Below are positions 1 to 12,730 of a stretch of 64,000 bases of DNA, piece by piece. The notes below the pieces were generated by a model. That model searched no databases and was not told the DNA's origin. It saw only the letters and a program-made list of their open reading frames with translations. Numbering within the stretch: position 1 is the first letter of the stretch; each line of letters opens with the position of its first letter. The stretch is from Lytechinus pictus. Taxonomy: Eukaryota. Position numbers and translations under genes: made by a program. The stretch covers positions 20,028,001 through 20,092,000 of the forward strand of contig NC_087251.1 in the NCBI RefSeq assembly GCF_037042905.1, in the 5' to 3' direction.

Positions 1-1060
1 GATCTTTCAAGCACTTTTGAAATTAAGAACAAGCAGCTTATCTCAATAAGCAATGCGAGCGCAAAGTGTGAGCTATTTTTTTTTAAAGATTTAAGCCTAC
101 AAATTATGAAAAAGATGGATATCTTCCTAGTAAATAAATGATTTGATTTTATATATTTCGATCTAAAAAGTGAAAAAATTTAAGCACGTTTTGAAATAAT
201 GAGATGGCTGTGTATTAATGCAAAGCGCGAGCGATTTTTTAATCTTTATACTATGACCTGAAAGCTTTTTTTTTTCAATTATTCCCCTCCCCTTCCACCA
301 TTTAATTTTCTTCCTCGTCCTATCTTTCTTCTTATTTTTCTCCTCACCTTCCTATTTTGCGCCGCCCCAATAGGGGGCGGGCCGCCGCTTCGCCCCTTGA
401 TCTACCTATGATGACCCCTCCCACGGCAGGAATTTTGTGTAAAAATTGAATATAAAAGTCTCGTTAATAGAGTATTTAAAACAAATTTTGGGGGATTAAA
501 CATAGTTAAAATTCACTGCGAAGGATTAATCATAACTCATGAAAACTATTATTTTTACTGAGTACGCGAACAATGAAAATATTCTTATATTCCAAGTAAA
601 TTTGGAATAAAGGGAAAATGAATTGGTTTAACAAAGGTATGTTTTTACGAGGTATGGAACATTGTCGTCTACCATCTATGCACTAAATTTACTTATAAGT
701 ATCCAGAGGCGATTATCTTTTTTTCGTCATTTTTATTAGTTATGAAATTGACAATGGCCATCGATGTCATCAATGTCATCACTCTTTGGCTGGCATATAG
801 GGCTAGATGCGAGTTCGAGAATAGTCGGGCCGGTATGCCTTTTCTTTTCCTACCCAAGTTCTTAACAAAAACTATCTGTTTATATATATTTCGAAATTCG
901 AGGATACATGTGTATAATTTCAATTTTGAATTATGTATTTTTTTCCCATAATGAAAGACCACAAATAGTAGGGAGGACATTTGATAGTATGTCCCCCCTT
1001 TCCAAAATGGTAGGGGGGACGCGTCCCCCCTGTCCCCCCTGCATGGGTTTTCCGCCCATG

Positions 1061-1145
1061 CCTCCTCCTCCTCCCCTCCCCCTCCTCCTTTTCCTCCTCC
1101 GGCCCTCCTCCTCTTCCTCCTCCTTCCCCTCCTCCTCCTCCTCCT
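1061..1145. repeat. (CCT)n-like pyrimidine low-complexity tract
   Basis: Visible directly; explains the spurious ORFs at 908-1254. Confidence 0.9.
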
Positions 1146-2309
1146 GTCTTCCCTGGGTAAATGATGCTAATATATATATATATAAATAATAAACACAATA
1201 ATGAATATAATAATAATGATGATGATGATTATTATTAGTATCTTGCTCAAACAATATATCTTACGAGATGAGAGATTACTGGAGAAAATATTGTGATATT
1301 AAGCTAATTATGCCGCATAAAATCCCTCGTTTAGAGGTAAAAAAATGATTGCTGGTATAGTCTCGTTTTTTCCAGACTACACAGCGCGAATATTATTACC
1401 CCGGATTTAGATCGAGCTGCCGTTTCATCAGTATACGCTCATTGCATTCAAAGGATACAGGGTACCCTTTAATCTATGCAAATTTCACAAATGAAAATTT
1501 TCTCCTCGGGAAACCTCATTCTCTCGTACATATTAAAACGATGACTTATTTTCTTTAGGGGGTGGGACTTCTCAATTCCCTGCAATTGACCTATACCTCG
1601 TTATATTATTTTATTGCTCAATGTTCTTCATATAAGTTTCACTCTTGATAAGAAATCTTACTCGAACGCTATGCAAATAGCACTTATTTTACAGGCCTAA
1701 TTAAAACACATACAGTCACAAAAAAGAACTACAAAGAATCCGGAACTCCTTCTTTATACTTGCCCCCCCCCCCCTTTACCATGAAAGTGAAATTGCAGGC
1801 CCTGTGTTCAATGCATTCATAGTTCTAAAACGAATTCGTTTATAGGCGAGTTATTTTTTTATTCGCACGGTTGCTACACTTATATTAAAAGCAATTTATC
1901 ACCAAGCAAAGGTTGGGCGGAGGGGGGGGGGGGGCAGGCTAATGTAACGGACCCCGCATTGCCCACCATAGACCATTTTCCTTACTATTGGAGTGACTGT
2001 GTCGCACAGTTTCAAGCCCCCAGTAGCCCCTCCCTCTTCCCCTAAAAAAAATCAGTCTTATAGAACAGCGTCTGAAAATGTGAACGATAATTCAGGACAA
2101 TAACTTCACATTTCTTAGCCAATTGAATATTTCAGGATATTCATTAAATTTCAGTTCAATTTTCATTTCGAAAAAGCTGGAGGACAGCCCCCCCCCCCCC
2201 CTCATCTACCCTCCCCCCACCAGGGGAGCACTATTTCATGAAAGTAGGCCTACTTGTCGGACGTTTTATCCGACAAGTTTTGTTTCATCCGACAGTAATT
2301 TTACCTATA

Positions 2310-3940
2310 GGGGGGCACTCCCATTTACGAGTGGATATCATCCGCGTGTGTCTCTTTTTCGAGATTGGGCACGGACGTACGTAACGTAAGTGGCGTACCG
2401 TGAGCTGAGGCCTGGGGGGGTGGCACCAGCAAAATTTTCACTTAGTGGGCGCGCGAAGCGCGCATAAATGCCAGGTATACTGACCCAATAGAGACATTTT
2501 AAGCAGTGGCGTAACAGGCGGGGGGCAGGGGGGGGGGGCAAGCTGCCCCCCCCCCCCTGGCGGAGCTCACCGGGAAAATTAAAAAAACGGGAAAAAGAAA
2601 AAAAGGGGGAAGAAAGGGAAAGGGAAAAGAAAGAAAAAAAGGGGAAAGGGAAAGGAAAGGGAAAAGAAAACTAAGAAAAAACATAAAAAAGGGAAAACGG
2701 AAAGATAACGGGAAAAGGAAGTAAAAAGAACAAGTGAGAAAGAACAATTCGCCCCGATATACATATACATTAGCATGATTAGTAAGACAGGAAAATAAAT
2801 TAAAGATGACAAAAAGGCAAACAAAAGCGGGAAATAAAGGCAGAATGGAATTAGCCAAAATCTGAATTGGAAAATAAAGAATAGGGACAAGATAACGTAC
2901 ACTACCGGGCTGCCGAGGATTGAGATAACGAGCGGGAAGAAAAATGGATGGTATATATAGCATAATGTCGTATGAAAGTCTATCATAAACTTGCTAAATC
3001 TCCAAAGGCTCTGTCCAAGAGTCAAGACCCCGTGCAGTGGGGGCTCTTCATCTGTAACCTTTAATGGGTTCTATAACGGGCCCCTATATGAACCCTTCCT
3101 GTATTAAGCTTTACGTTGAAGCACTGGCGTACCGGGGGGTGGTTCCACAGCCAAGGGGAAATACAAGAAAATAAAGGAGGCAGCGAAATAAGATGAATGA
3201 AATAAAATATATGACATGATATTTGCTATAATGATGTAAAAATCTATCACATAATTAGAATTTCATTTTAACAGGCCTTTTTTTTCTGGCTCGCTTCGCT
3301 CGCTGGCGACTTTTTACAAATTTTCCCACACTTGCTACGGTGTGCCCCTCACAATATTTGGATGATTACAATACACAACTGCATTGAATTTATGTGTTGT
3401 GTTAAAGCTATATAAATATACACGCAATTTGATTAAAATAAGTGGCCATCTGTAAGGTTTAAACTGGCTTTGATATCAAGAGGTTCCGGGGCTCTGCCCT
3501 GGACCCCACCCATAAAACACTGTTATATGGATGAGTTTGGACCATGGCCCCCAAAAGTTCTACAACCAAACAAAAAAAAATGAGGAAAGAAAGGAAAGTG
3601 TATTATATTTCTCTGAATATCACGTTAAAATCTATCTTCATGTTAGATTCTCATGAAAAGGTGATTTTTTTTATCTCGCTCGCTTCGCTCGCTCGGGACC
3701 TATATTAAGCTACCTCTTGTCTGAAGCGCCATACTCGGCCCCCTCGAGCATATAGAGCTTCGCCCTGATGCTCACAATCATAACAAAAATCCTGTTCACC
3801 GTGGCGTACAAAAAAGAGAGAAAAGGGAAAAAGAGGAGGGTGAAATATGATATCATCTTTTTAACATTATGTCAAAATCTATCACAAAATTGGATTTTTG
3901 CAATAAAAATGTCAAAAAATTTGCTCGCTCGCTTCGCTCG

Positions 3941-3974
<34 letters not shown>

Positions 3975-6838
3975 CCCGATACGCCATATCGCCCCCTCAA
4001 AATATTTGCCTATATGACGCCATTGCCTGTTCCATGATATGACCGGGAAATGTTTGGCTCTTGCCCCCCCCCCCCCCTGGCCACCGACCCCTGTTACGCC
4101 GCTGATTTTAAGGACTGTAACGGATATGTATCTCACTGATCAAATAACGCGAGCGCGAAGCGTGAGCTTGTGAGCTGAACATTTTTTATATTCAGACCTA
4201 AAAAAGGGACATTGTGAGCAACTTCTTGTAATCATGATAATGTACCTGTCTCAATAAACAAACAATGCGAACGCGAAGCACGAGATGAATTTTTTTGTAT
4301 ATGACCTCAAACGGACATTTTAAGGACTTTCTTTTCGGAATTCATGAAGAGCACACATACAGCACCATAGTCATCCAACGCGAGCGCCAAGCACTTGCTG
4401 ATTTTGATAGAATTACACCTAAACACATAAAGCACTTTTTGTAGTCATTTTTATCATGAACATGATACATTTTTGAAATTCAGACCTCAAGAGGGGCATT
4501 CCAAGGCTTGTTTGCAGGAATTCACCGAGACCATGCGTATTTCACTAACTAAATAATGCGAGTGCGAAGCTCCAGCTGAAAACTTTTGATACAGTGTCAG
4601 ACCAGAAAAAGGGACACTGACTGTTTTTTAGGAAATCATGAAGAACAGACATCACATATCTCACCAATCCATTAATGCCAACGTAAGCACGGACTGGACA
4701 TGTTTTATATTCAGACTTTATAAAAGGGGGCATTCACTTTAAGTAGGCCTAGTCGTGAAAAAGAAGCATAATGTCACTACATAAAGCAATAACAACTGGA
4801 AGTGCGAGGAAATATATTTGGTGTATATTGACTTGAAAACGGGATGTTTTTACTACAACAGGATTATATATCTCATTTAACTGAAAATACGAGCACCAGG
4901 AATGATGAACACATAGGCCCTATGGCCTACGCAAATTATGTTTCATAAAGTTTTGAAAAAAAATCATATTTAATATGATAATGAAATACTAGTATACAAT
5001 AATTTCTTCTTCACCCACTAAGTTTCTTTTTCTTTCTCCCTCTTTTTTCTTCTTTTCCCCGTTTTTTTGTTTGCCAGCCGATGGGGGGGTGGGGGCACCC
5101 CGAAGTTACGCTATTGGTAATAATGGTGTCAAAGGCACTAAATTACTGAAAAAAGGTATATATTCGCAAGGAAAGCTACGTGTTTATACGGTCCAATTTG
5201 CAAGGGTATATAACAAAAAGATTAAAAAGGATAATCTATCGCTGAACTTGTTTATGGGTCAAATTAAGGGAATATTGTCAAGGGTACCGTTTTGTTTCCA
5301 ATACAAGTACTTGTCAAGGGTATAGGGTTTCACACGCCTATACTTCAGAGGCGGCGATCCTGGGGCACATTGCTTCCCCCACACTTTTTGAAGCACTGAA
5401 AAGTGCCTTTTTTACGCAAAAAGCCCCCTCACGAACGTGTACTGCATGTGCCTCTTTCACCTGAGGAGGACACCCGTTAAGTGCCCTTTCTCGTACAAGT
5501 GTCAATGTTTACCAAAAACTGCCCCCTCTCAAACGTGTTATGTGCCCCTTCCACCATTTTATGTGTCACAAGTCCCCCTTGCCTTTTTGTAAGTGCTCTT
5601 TCTCAAATCAGTGCACCTTTATCAAGTGCCCCTCACGAACGTGTTCTGTGCCCCTCTCATACATAAGAAGGGCCCGCTTTATGATAGCAAGAGCACCTTT
5701 GCCTTCTTTCTCGATCGTATCACTGCCCCTTTTTACCCAAGAAAAGTGCCCTTCACGGGCGTGTTCTGTGCCCCCCGCTTTCATATGAGAAGGGCTCGTA
5801 TGGGCTCAGATAAGTTGTCCTTAACAACCACTAAATCGTGCCCGATGAGCGCCAGGTTTCTTTAGAGCGTTCTGCTTCCTTGTGCAATTAGGCTAAGCGC
5901 CCTTAAGCGCATCCTTTAATCACATTAATCCCTTTCAAAATGATTTGTCCCTATATCGCTCCTTATTTTTTTTCTTTTGATAATGAAATTAACCCATTTT
6001 AACCTCTAATCAAATGCCCTATTTTAATATGCCCTTATTTACTTTTGATAAATGCCCTTTTTCTTTTCTAGTTTGTTCAAAATGTTAAGTCTGTTAATGT
6101 TCTGATCGCGTCCCTTTTCCTTTGCAAAAACAAAAAAATGTTCCTATTATGATTTGGGGAAAAACACATTTTAAATTGATGAATTCCACACAGCCACTGC
6201 CAAAGATTTTGTTGACAGGAAATTACAGCCAGCGTTTGCAATACTTTGGCAAATTCCCATAAAGAAACAGCATCATTTGTAAGAAACAAGAAAACAATAT
6301 TCTCATTTTTATATATTACTATTACTTATGAAGGATAAAAACTTGTTTACAAGAATAATCCTATACGTGCCTTTAGTTTCACGAGTCATGTGAATGGGGT
6401 AGATAAGTCTTTTTTCTTTGTTTTAAGATAGTTCCCTTTTCGAAAATAAATGTGCACTTTTTTCCCTGTGCCCCCCCCCCCACTATAGCGTACCTAAGGT
6501 TGGGGGCAGGGGGGGCAGACTGCCCCGGCCCCCTGACGAGTCACAACTGATACAGGGGACGTGCCCCCCCCCCCCTTTTGAGAAGCCAAATGCAATAAAA
6601 ACAGACGTGTACCCCCTCTTGGGAACCTGAAGACTTTTTTTTTTTTTTTTTTTTTTTTGCTTGTCAATTTTTTTTTCTGGTTTTTTGCTTGTCAAATATC
6701 CTCCTAAAAATGTGCCCACCTTCTGGAAAATCCTAGGTACGCCAGTGGCCCCCCCTCCCCCCCCCCCCCCACTTTCAACTTGAACATGGAAAATATAGGG
6801 ACCGGTGCTTTTCGAAACCCCATAGGCCATGGACGCGC
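2310..6838. mobile_element. Nested stack of non-autonomous DNA transposons; host element split into 2310-2387, 5117-5345 and 6782-6838
   Basis: The three pieces are collinear with the intact element at 23054-23607. Inserts are CAGTGGCGTA-type elements (2389-5116) and the GTGCCC-rich element 5346-6781, which itself contains 6481-6748. Confidence 0.7.
3943..3972. repeat. (TA)n microsatellite
   Basis: Visible directly. Confidence 0.95.
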
Positions 6839-7091
6839 AGTTAAATGATCGATCACGATCGTGCTTGTTCAATCGATCGACAGCGCAGCCGGCGGGACTT
6901 CAAAAATCAACAACTCCAACTTAACTTCACTCATTTCATAATCATATTTGATTAGCAGTTCGACATTAGACTAGATCTACTTTTTGTGCCAGTGTCGACC
7001 AATTGAGCTTAGGATGTTGAGCTAGCTAGCTGAGAATGAAGAAGTAGGCCCTAGAACAAATTATTTTTCCTCAAGTTCCAGCTCCACTCAC

Positions 7092-7200
7092 CACTGCCAC
7101 TGCCTCCACGGCACTGGCTCCAGGCCCAGGGCCGGCCAGGCCAAGCCCCCGAAGCTACCGCCATTTTGTTTAATCCATTAGAAGCTAAAATAAGCCCTCA
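7092..7200 (-). other. Candidate first exon/promoter of another minus-strand gene
   Basis: caaaATGGCGG (Kozak and YY1-like) at 7164, GC-rich, G|gtgagt donor at 7092/7091; no downstream exon identified in the window. Confidence 0.35.
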
Positions 7201-7706
7201 TTAATATTAATTTCGTACGATGCTCCCTCGTCAACTGTGGTTTTGTACGTGTATTAGACAATACGCACATCAGCGCAATGACAAAGGTCAACTTGGCAAA
7301 TTCATTAATGTATTCATTTTGTTACGCGCTCGTGACGCGAAGGATTCAGCGAATCAAGCAAGCGCAAATCTGAGACGATACGTTGCGCTCTATAAAGTAT
7401 CGATATCACAAGCGATATCACTTATAAACAAAGCATTGTTTGTATTGCGTCTTATAGGCCTTTGCTAATTCCAAAAGGGAAGATGAAAAGGGTAGATCGA
7501 GTCGTGATTAGGTAAAGAGATCTCTAGTGCTTTTGCCATCCCTAAATCGTAATTACCATACTGTAACTCATGATGAAACGGGCCCCAATTTATCATGTTT
7601 AATACGTTTCCTGTCCCCTTTATTCTCCAGCATTTCTTACTCTGTTTTTTTCTCCATTTAATCATTTACCCACTCAAAATTATTTTGTGCCGCCTTTCTC
7701 CTACAT

Positions 7707-8526
7707 ATGTAGAGCTCATTTTCAAAAGAGGTTATGTCCATTTTTCATCAAACTTGATTCTTATGTCTTCATGTAAAGATTTTTAGTAGCTATATAAGAT
7801 GATACCATAGAAAAGTTGAAATTCCTATTAAAAAGTGAACTAATATGGCAAAGAAAAATCACCTTTTTTCAAAAGGGGTTAGGTCCATTTCAGTTTAGTT
7901 GCAAAAGGGGTTAGGTCCACACAGACTTTTTTTGGAAAATAATATCTTAAAAATATGAAGACAAGTAAATATCTTTTATACCCAATTTCATGTCCTCATC
8001 GTAGGGTATCATGAAAATTCAGTTTCGCATAAGAATATTGCAATATGGGAGAATTAAAAAAGAATTATTTTCTTGGAGTGGACCTAACCCCTTTTGCAAC
8101 TAAACTCTTCTGAAGAACTCATTTGTCAAAAGGGGTTAGGTCCATTTTTCATATATTTTATTGTTTTCTGTCTCTAAACCTCTAAATTTTCAGTCACTCT
8201 GATGATACCAAAGAAAATTTGAAATTCAAATGAAAACGTGAATGGAAGTGGCAAAAAAAAAATTTTTTAATCAAAAGAGATTGGATTCACTTCAATTTAC
8301 TTGCAAAAGGGGTTAGGTACACAATGATATTTTTTTAAGTATATAGAAAAAAATTGAAGACGGGTAGATTTCTTTTATACCCAATTTTATGTTCACATGA
8401 TAGAGTAGTACATCATGACAATTTAGTTTCTCATAAGAATATTGCAATAAGTGAGAATAAAAACATGTTTTTTCTCGGAATGGTCCAAAGTGGCCCTAAC
8501 CCCTTTTGCAACTAAACTCTTCATAT
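7707..8526. mobile_element. Tandemly duplicated ~405-bp TIR-type element
   Basis: Two units (~7707-8110, 8112-8522), each with repeated CAAAAGGGGTTAGGTCCA and ending CCTAACCCCTTTTGCAACTAAACTCTTC. Confidence 0.7.
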
Positions 8527-8949
8527 ATTTCTTTCTTCTTTTCCCACTTGTTATCTGTCTCCTGGTTTCCATAAATCTCGTCTTATTTCCCTTCCACCCC
8601 TTTTGTTCCTACTTCCCACATTCTAGCTCTCTTACCCCCCCCTCTAAATTATCTCTTCATATGTGCCCCTCCATTTCTTTCTCATCTCTTTTCAATCCAC
8701 TTCTCATCACTCTTTCCCTCTCTCGATCTTCATCTCATTTTGAATTTTGCAAATTCCAAATCCCTTTCATTTTAGCTCTGTACAAATGCTATATGAACAC
8801 AAATGAAAGACATAAAGGAATTCTCTGGTTAGTGGTGAATTTCATTAATTAGCCATAAAAAAATATCACATTATCAGAGGATTAAGCTTTACCTTTTTCT
8901 TAAGCGTATGTTAATACTTTGAACCAAAAGAATATTTTTTTTGTATGCT

Positions 8950-9633
8950 GGGGCAGCGATCCTGGGGAGGGCACAGTTCCCCCTACTTCTTTAAGCACTG
9001 AAAAGTGCCTTTTTATGCAAAAAAATGCCCCCTCACGAACGTGTACTGTGTCCCTTTCACCTGACGAGAACCTGTTTTAGGTGTTACCAAGTGCTCTTCC
9101 TTTTATGCAATTATTTTACCCAAAAATGCCCCCCCCCCTCCCGGAACGTGTTCTGTGCCCTTTCATCTGAGAGCCCGTCTCATGTGTTAAAGAGCGCCCC
9201 CTCGCCTTCTTGTAAGTGCCCTTTCTCAAATCACTGCCCCCTTTTACCCAAGAAAAGTGCTCCTAAAGAACTTGTTCTGTGCCCCTTTCACCTGAGGACC
9301 CGTTTTGTGGTCACCATGATGATTTCCCTTTGAAACAAGAAAACAATATTCTCATTTTGATAATATACTTATGAAGGATATCCTTTGTGCATTAAGTTTA
9401 ATAATTCATGAGTGGGGGTATGTAAGCAGTTTCGTACAGATGGAGGGGGGAAGGGGGGCTTGAAGGACGCTTGCCCCCCCCCAAAAAAAAAAAAAATATA
9501 TATATCATTCTGAATATTTTAGATTTTCTTTTTTAAAATGTCAAAATTTTGCTCGCTCGCAACTTCTTAAAATTTTCAAGTAATACAGCATTTTCCCTAT
9601 GCCCCCCACTTTCAACTTCACTCCGCCGCTCCT
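8950..9633. mobile_element. GTGCCC-rich element, same family as 5346-6781
   Basis: Shared start GGC(A/G)GCGATCCTGGGG...AAGCACTGAAAAGTGCC and shared end CCCCACTTTCAACTT. Confidence 0.7.
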
Positions 9634-9649
9634 ATTTGTATGTTTATAG

Positions 9650-12476
9650 CTTCTCCTTTTGCAACCAGTTTTAATGAAAATCAACAAGAAATTTCATACG
9701 TCATGAATTTGGGGTTGTGATATTTTTTTTTTTTTTTTTAAATCGGACTTGGAAAAAAAAAACCTTTTCCATCTTCATCAGGTGGTTCCTAAGTCAGACT
9801 CTTCAATGTTTAATTGTTGGATTTCTTGAATGAAAACATCTGTTACACCAGTCCTGCAGATTGAAAAAAATAGAGAAAGAAAATCAATGAATTTAAATTA
9901 AAATTGTCGTGATTTATAAAACATAAATGTTTTAAGAAAAGTTAGACTAGACATAAATATGTTTCTTCAACACATAACAGGAAATCTTACTTCTACTACC
10001 GGTAATTATAAACTTGTACTTCTATAAAGCATATCACTTAAACCTGTTCTATGCAGTTTACATACCACTCTCCATTATAACTACATGTACTCTATGAAAA
10101 AATGTCAGAGAGTTCTCATAAATATATGAATCAACATATGTAAATTATATAAATAGTCAGAATTAAAGTTGATATGTTTTGTTGAACAGAATATTTTGAT
10201 CTGTGATTAAAAACGACACTAACTATAATCTAAAAACAAAATTAAAATGGGTTTTTCAAAGGCAGGTCTATTTGTTGCCAAAAAAATGTGAACAACCTCC
10301 ATTATTAAAAATATTCACTAATTAACTCACTCATATAACTGCTGTAGGTTGTATTTCTCTTTGTGGTCTAGTCGCTGTTTTATTAGGCCTACTTCACCAA
10401 TTATTTATCATCATCAATCACCTCCATGGAAATTGTAAAACTGCATCATCCTATTGGACAAAATGTAAAATAAAAAGATTATAAAAAAATCGTAAATCTA
10501 CAAATATGAATATCACACTAAAGAATGAATAAAATGAATTTTGTAAAATATGAAAAATAAATATTGCTTTGTTTATAAATAAATAGGAAATAAAAAGGCC
10601 ATTTAATTACTAGTAGATCAAGGACATGACCTTATTTTATAAATTTGCCCCAAGGTACATAACTTTTGGCATTGGTTCTATTTTAGACTCGAGAGCCTGT
10701 ATATTTAAGAAGTGTATAAACATTACAGATCCTACCTCTTTGTGGCTCGGATTATTTTTATTTAATGTAAACATGGTTAACATTCAATGCATGTAATGTA
10801 TCTGTAATTTTGTAAGGTTAGTTTAAGTTTTATACCTGGATGAGAATCTGCAAAATGATGCATGCACTTATGATCATCATCTTGAACCATATAGGTAGAC
10901 CTCTACTGTTTTTCTTGTTCTTCAAACTCAACCTGTTTGTGAAAGAAAAGAGAGAACAATAATAAGTGATCTTTTTCATGGCCGTATGTATAGGGGGAGG
11001 GGTTTGGGTAAGAGCTGAAATGTGAAACCTTCATCAAAAAGAGAATTGCATGACATCCTTCAATTTTACTTTAGAAAATGCACAAAACGGCCCTAGGTAA
11101 TATTGGTCGTTTCTGGCCCTCGCTTTCTGAATTTTAGGTTTCTCTAAATTTTTTCACATGTCTGCCCCCCCCCCCAAAAAAAAAAAAAATCTGGATCTTT
11201 TTATTTCCGAATCTTATTTCATTTGATTTTAACATAATTTCATAATCTCATGCACTAGGTCTAGATCTATTTGTAAGAAAGTATAGATCTAGGCCTAGTC
11301 CAACGAGACTCAGTTCTGTGCGACAGCATTCATGTATCTAAATTAGGTCTAGATCTAGACTAACGATGGACTCTCGATCTATCTAGACCTAGAAAGTAAA
11401 GCTTCGGTTCTAAACCGAGATCTAGACCCTATATCGGTTTAGAAATTTTTGATGTCTGACTCTGGCTTTTATTCCTGGCTAAGACTTCGTTTCCATTATT
11501 GACCGAGAGTAGATCTAGATCTAGTCCTTGGTCCACTGGCAGTCATACTCGTACATGTAAATGGAGTCGTTTAGGCCCAGACCTAGATCATAAGCCCTGG
11601 CCTGGGGGTAAGTGTCGAGGGTTGGGAAAGTATGAGTTAGACTAGATTTGAATTAGGTAGGCCTAGCTCTCGATAGCATCGATGAATAAATAAAACTAAA
11701 GTAAAGTAGCCTAGATCTAACTCTAAGTAAGTATAAAGTAAGTAAAGTAGGGCCTAGGATTAAGAAGATCTAGGTCCTAGATCTATTGATAATAAGACAA
11801 AATGCAGAGCAGCATGTTATTTCTAAGACCGAGTCTAACTATATTTATAAATAACAAGAGTTAAAATGGGTGGGGGCTAAATGCAGAAGCCTGAAGTTAT
11901 GCAAAATAAATTTGATATCTGAAACAAAGACAAAGTGAGGACTGAGGATTGACACAATGACAGGCGTATCTTCATCCACACTCCGCTTCACAGTTTATTC
12001 CTGACTGAGTCTCGATCTACTGAAGATATATGCAGATCTCCCTGTAGATCTAACGTTACAGTGTACAAAAAGAAGCCTCATTCTTCTTGTTTTAATCAAT
12101 CGTGGGTTGGTCCTTGTTGGAGGTGAACCAAAACCAGCCCGATTATCTCTCGATTCCCAGCCGGCTAGGAGCCCGTACAAAATACATGTGGTTAACACAA
12201 TAACACAGCGGCATAACCACAACACTGCAAGACCGCAACTAGCTACAGGCTGCACTGTACTGGGCGACGATGACAATCTAACTTCAATTTCAAAGACCAA
12301 ATTCTGCTTTCCTTTAACAGAAGAATGATAGCAAACTCTCTAATTTGTTAAAGAAATAACCTAAGATCACAAAATACAGTGTGAAATGTGTAAATAGTCC
12401 ACTGAATTCATGTGGTTGTATCAATTAATACGTACTCACCGGAGTGTTCGTAGGTCCATTTTGTGTGTGGAAAGAA
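9650..12476 (-). ncRNA. Putative spliced TCT/5'-TOP transcript (lncRNA/snoRNA-host-like, or encoding a micropeptide); candidate exons 12440-12474, 10836-10932, 10331-10450, ~9650-9853
   Basis: TTCTTTCC (TCT initiator consensus) at 12476-12469; caaaATGG at 12459; CG|gtgagt donor; pyrimidine-rich acceptors before 11918, 10932, 10450 and 9853; donors gtataa and gtgagt; ATTAAA at 9675-9670. Confidence 0.45.
12085..12270 (-). ncRNA. Candidate intronic structured RNA (H/ACA-like two-hairpin layout)
   Basis: Nested stems CCCAG/CTGGG, GCTAG/CTAGC, TGTGGTTA/TAACCACA; hinge AGATAA; second hairpin AATCG-GGCTGGT/ACCAACCC-ACGATT; ACA at 12090-12088. Confidence 0.35.
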
Positions 12477-12480
12477 AAGT

Positions 12481-12730
12481 TTCAGAATGAATAAATTAGA
12501 TGACGTAATGAGGTCAAATGAATAATTAATTCTGTAACACGATACCACTAGTATCGATGACAAAGAATCGGGGAAATCGCGTATTATTGACGCTCTTAGC
12601 CAATGAAAAGGCCGGATTATGAATATCTTCATGCTCATGAATGTCAATGAGGGCTTATTTTTGTCTTCAAATGATCGCGGTAGGCGGAGCCTAATCTCAT
12701 TTGTTTTGTGCTGAACGCGCACGCAGCTTT
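12481..12730. promoter_or_regulatory. Putative bidirectional promoter
   Basis: About 250 bp between divergent first exons; CCAAT 12600-12604, CRE-like TGACGTAA 12501-12508, raised CpG content. Confidence 0.5.

Noticed and set aside
908..1254. Gly/Glu/Pro-rich ORFs
   Set aside because: Translations of a (CCT)n low-complexity tract
2499..3025. Phe-rich 148-154 aa ORFs
   Set aside because: Antisense reading of a polypurine tract inside a transposon
7870..8520. Telomeric repeat or telomerase template (GGGGTTAGG / CCTAACCCC)
   Set aside because: Part of a transposon terminal motif; no (TTAGGG)n array and no CTAACCCTAA template in a telomerase-RNA-like context
11995..12328. ORFs 11995-12300 (-) and 12107-12328 (+)
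   Set aside because: Non-ATG starts and no recognisable protein features; better explained by the GC-richer structured island
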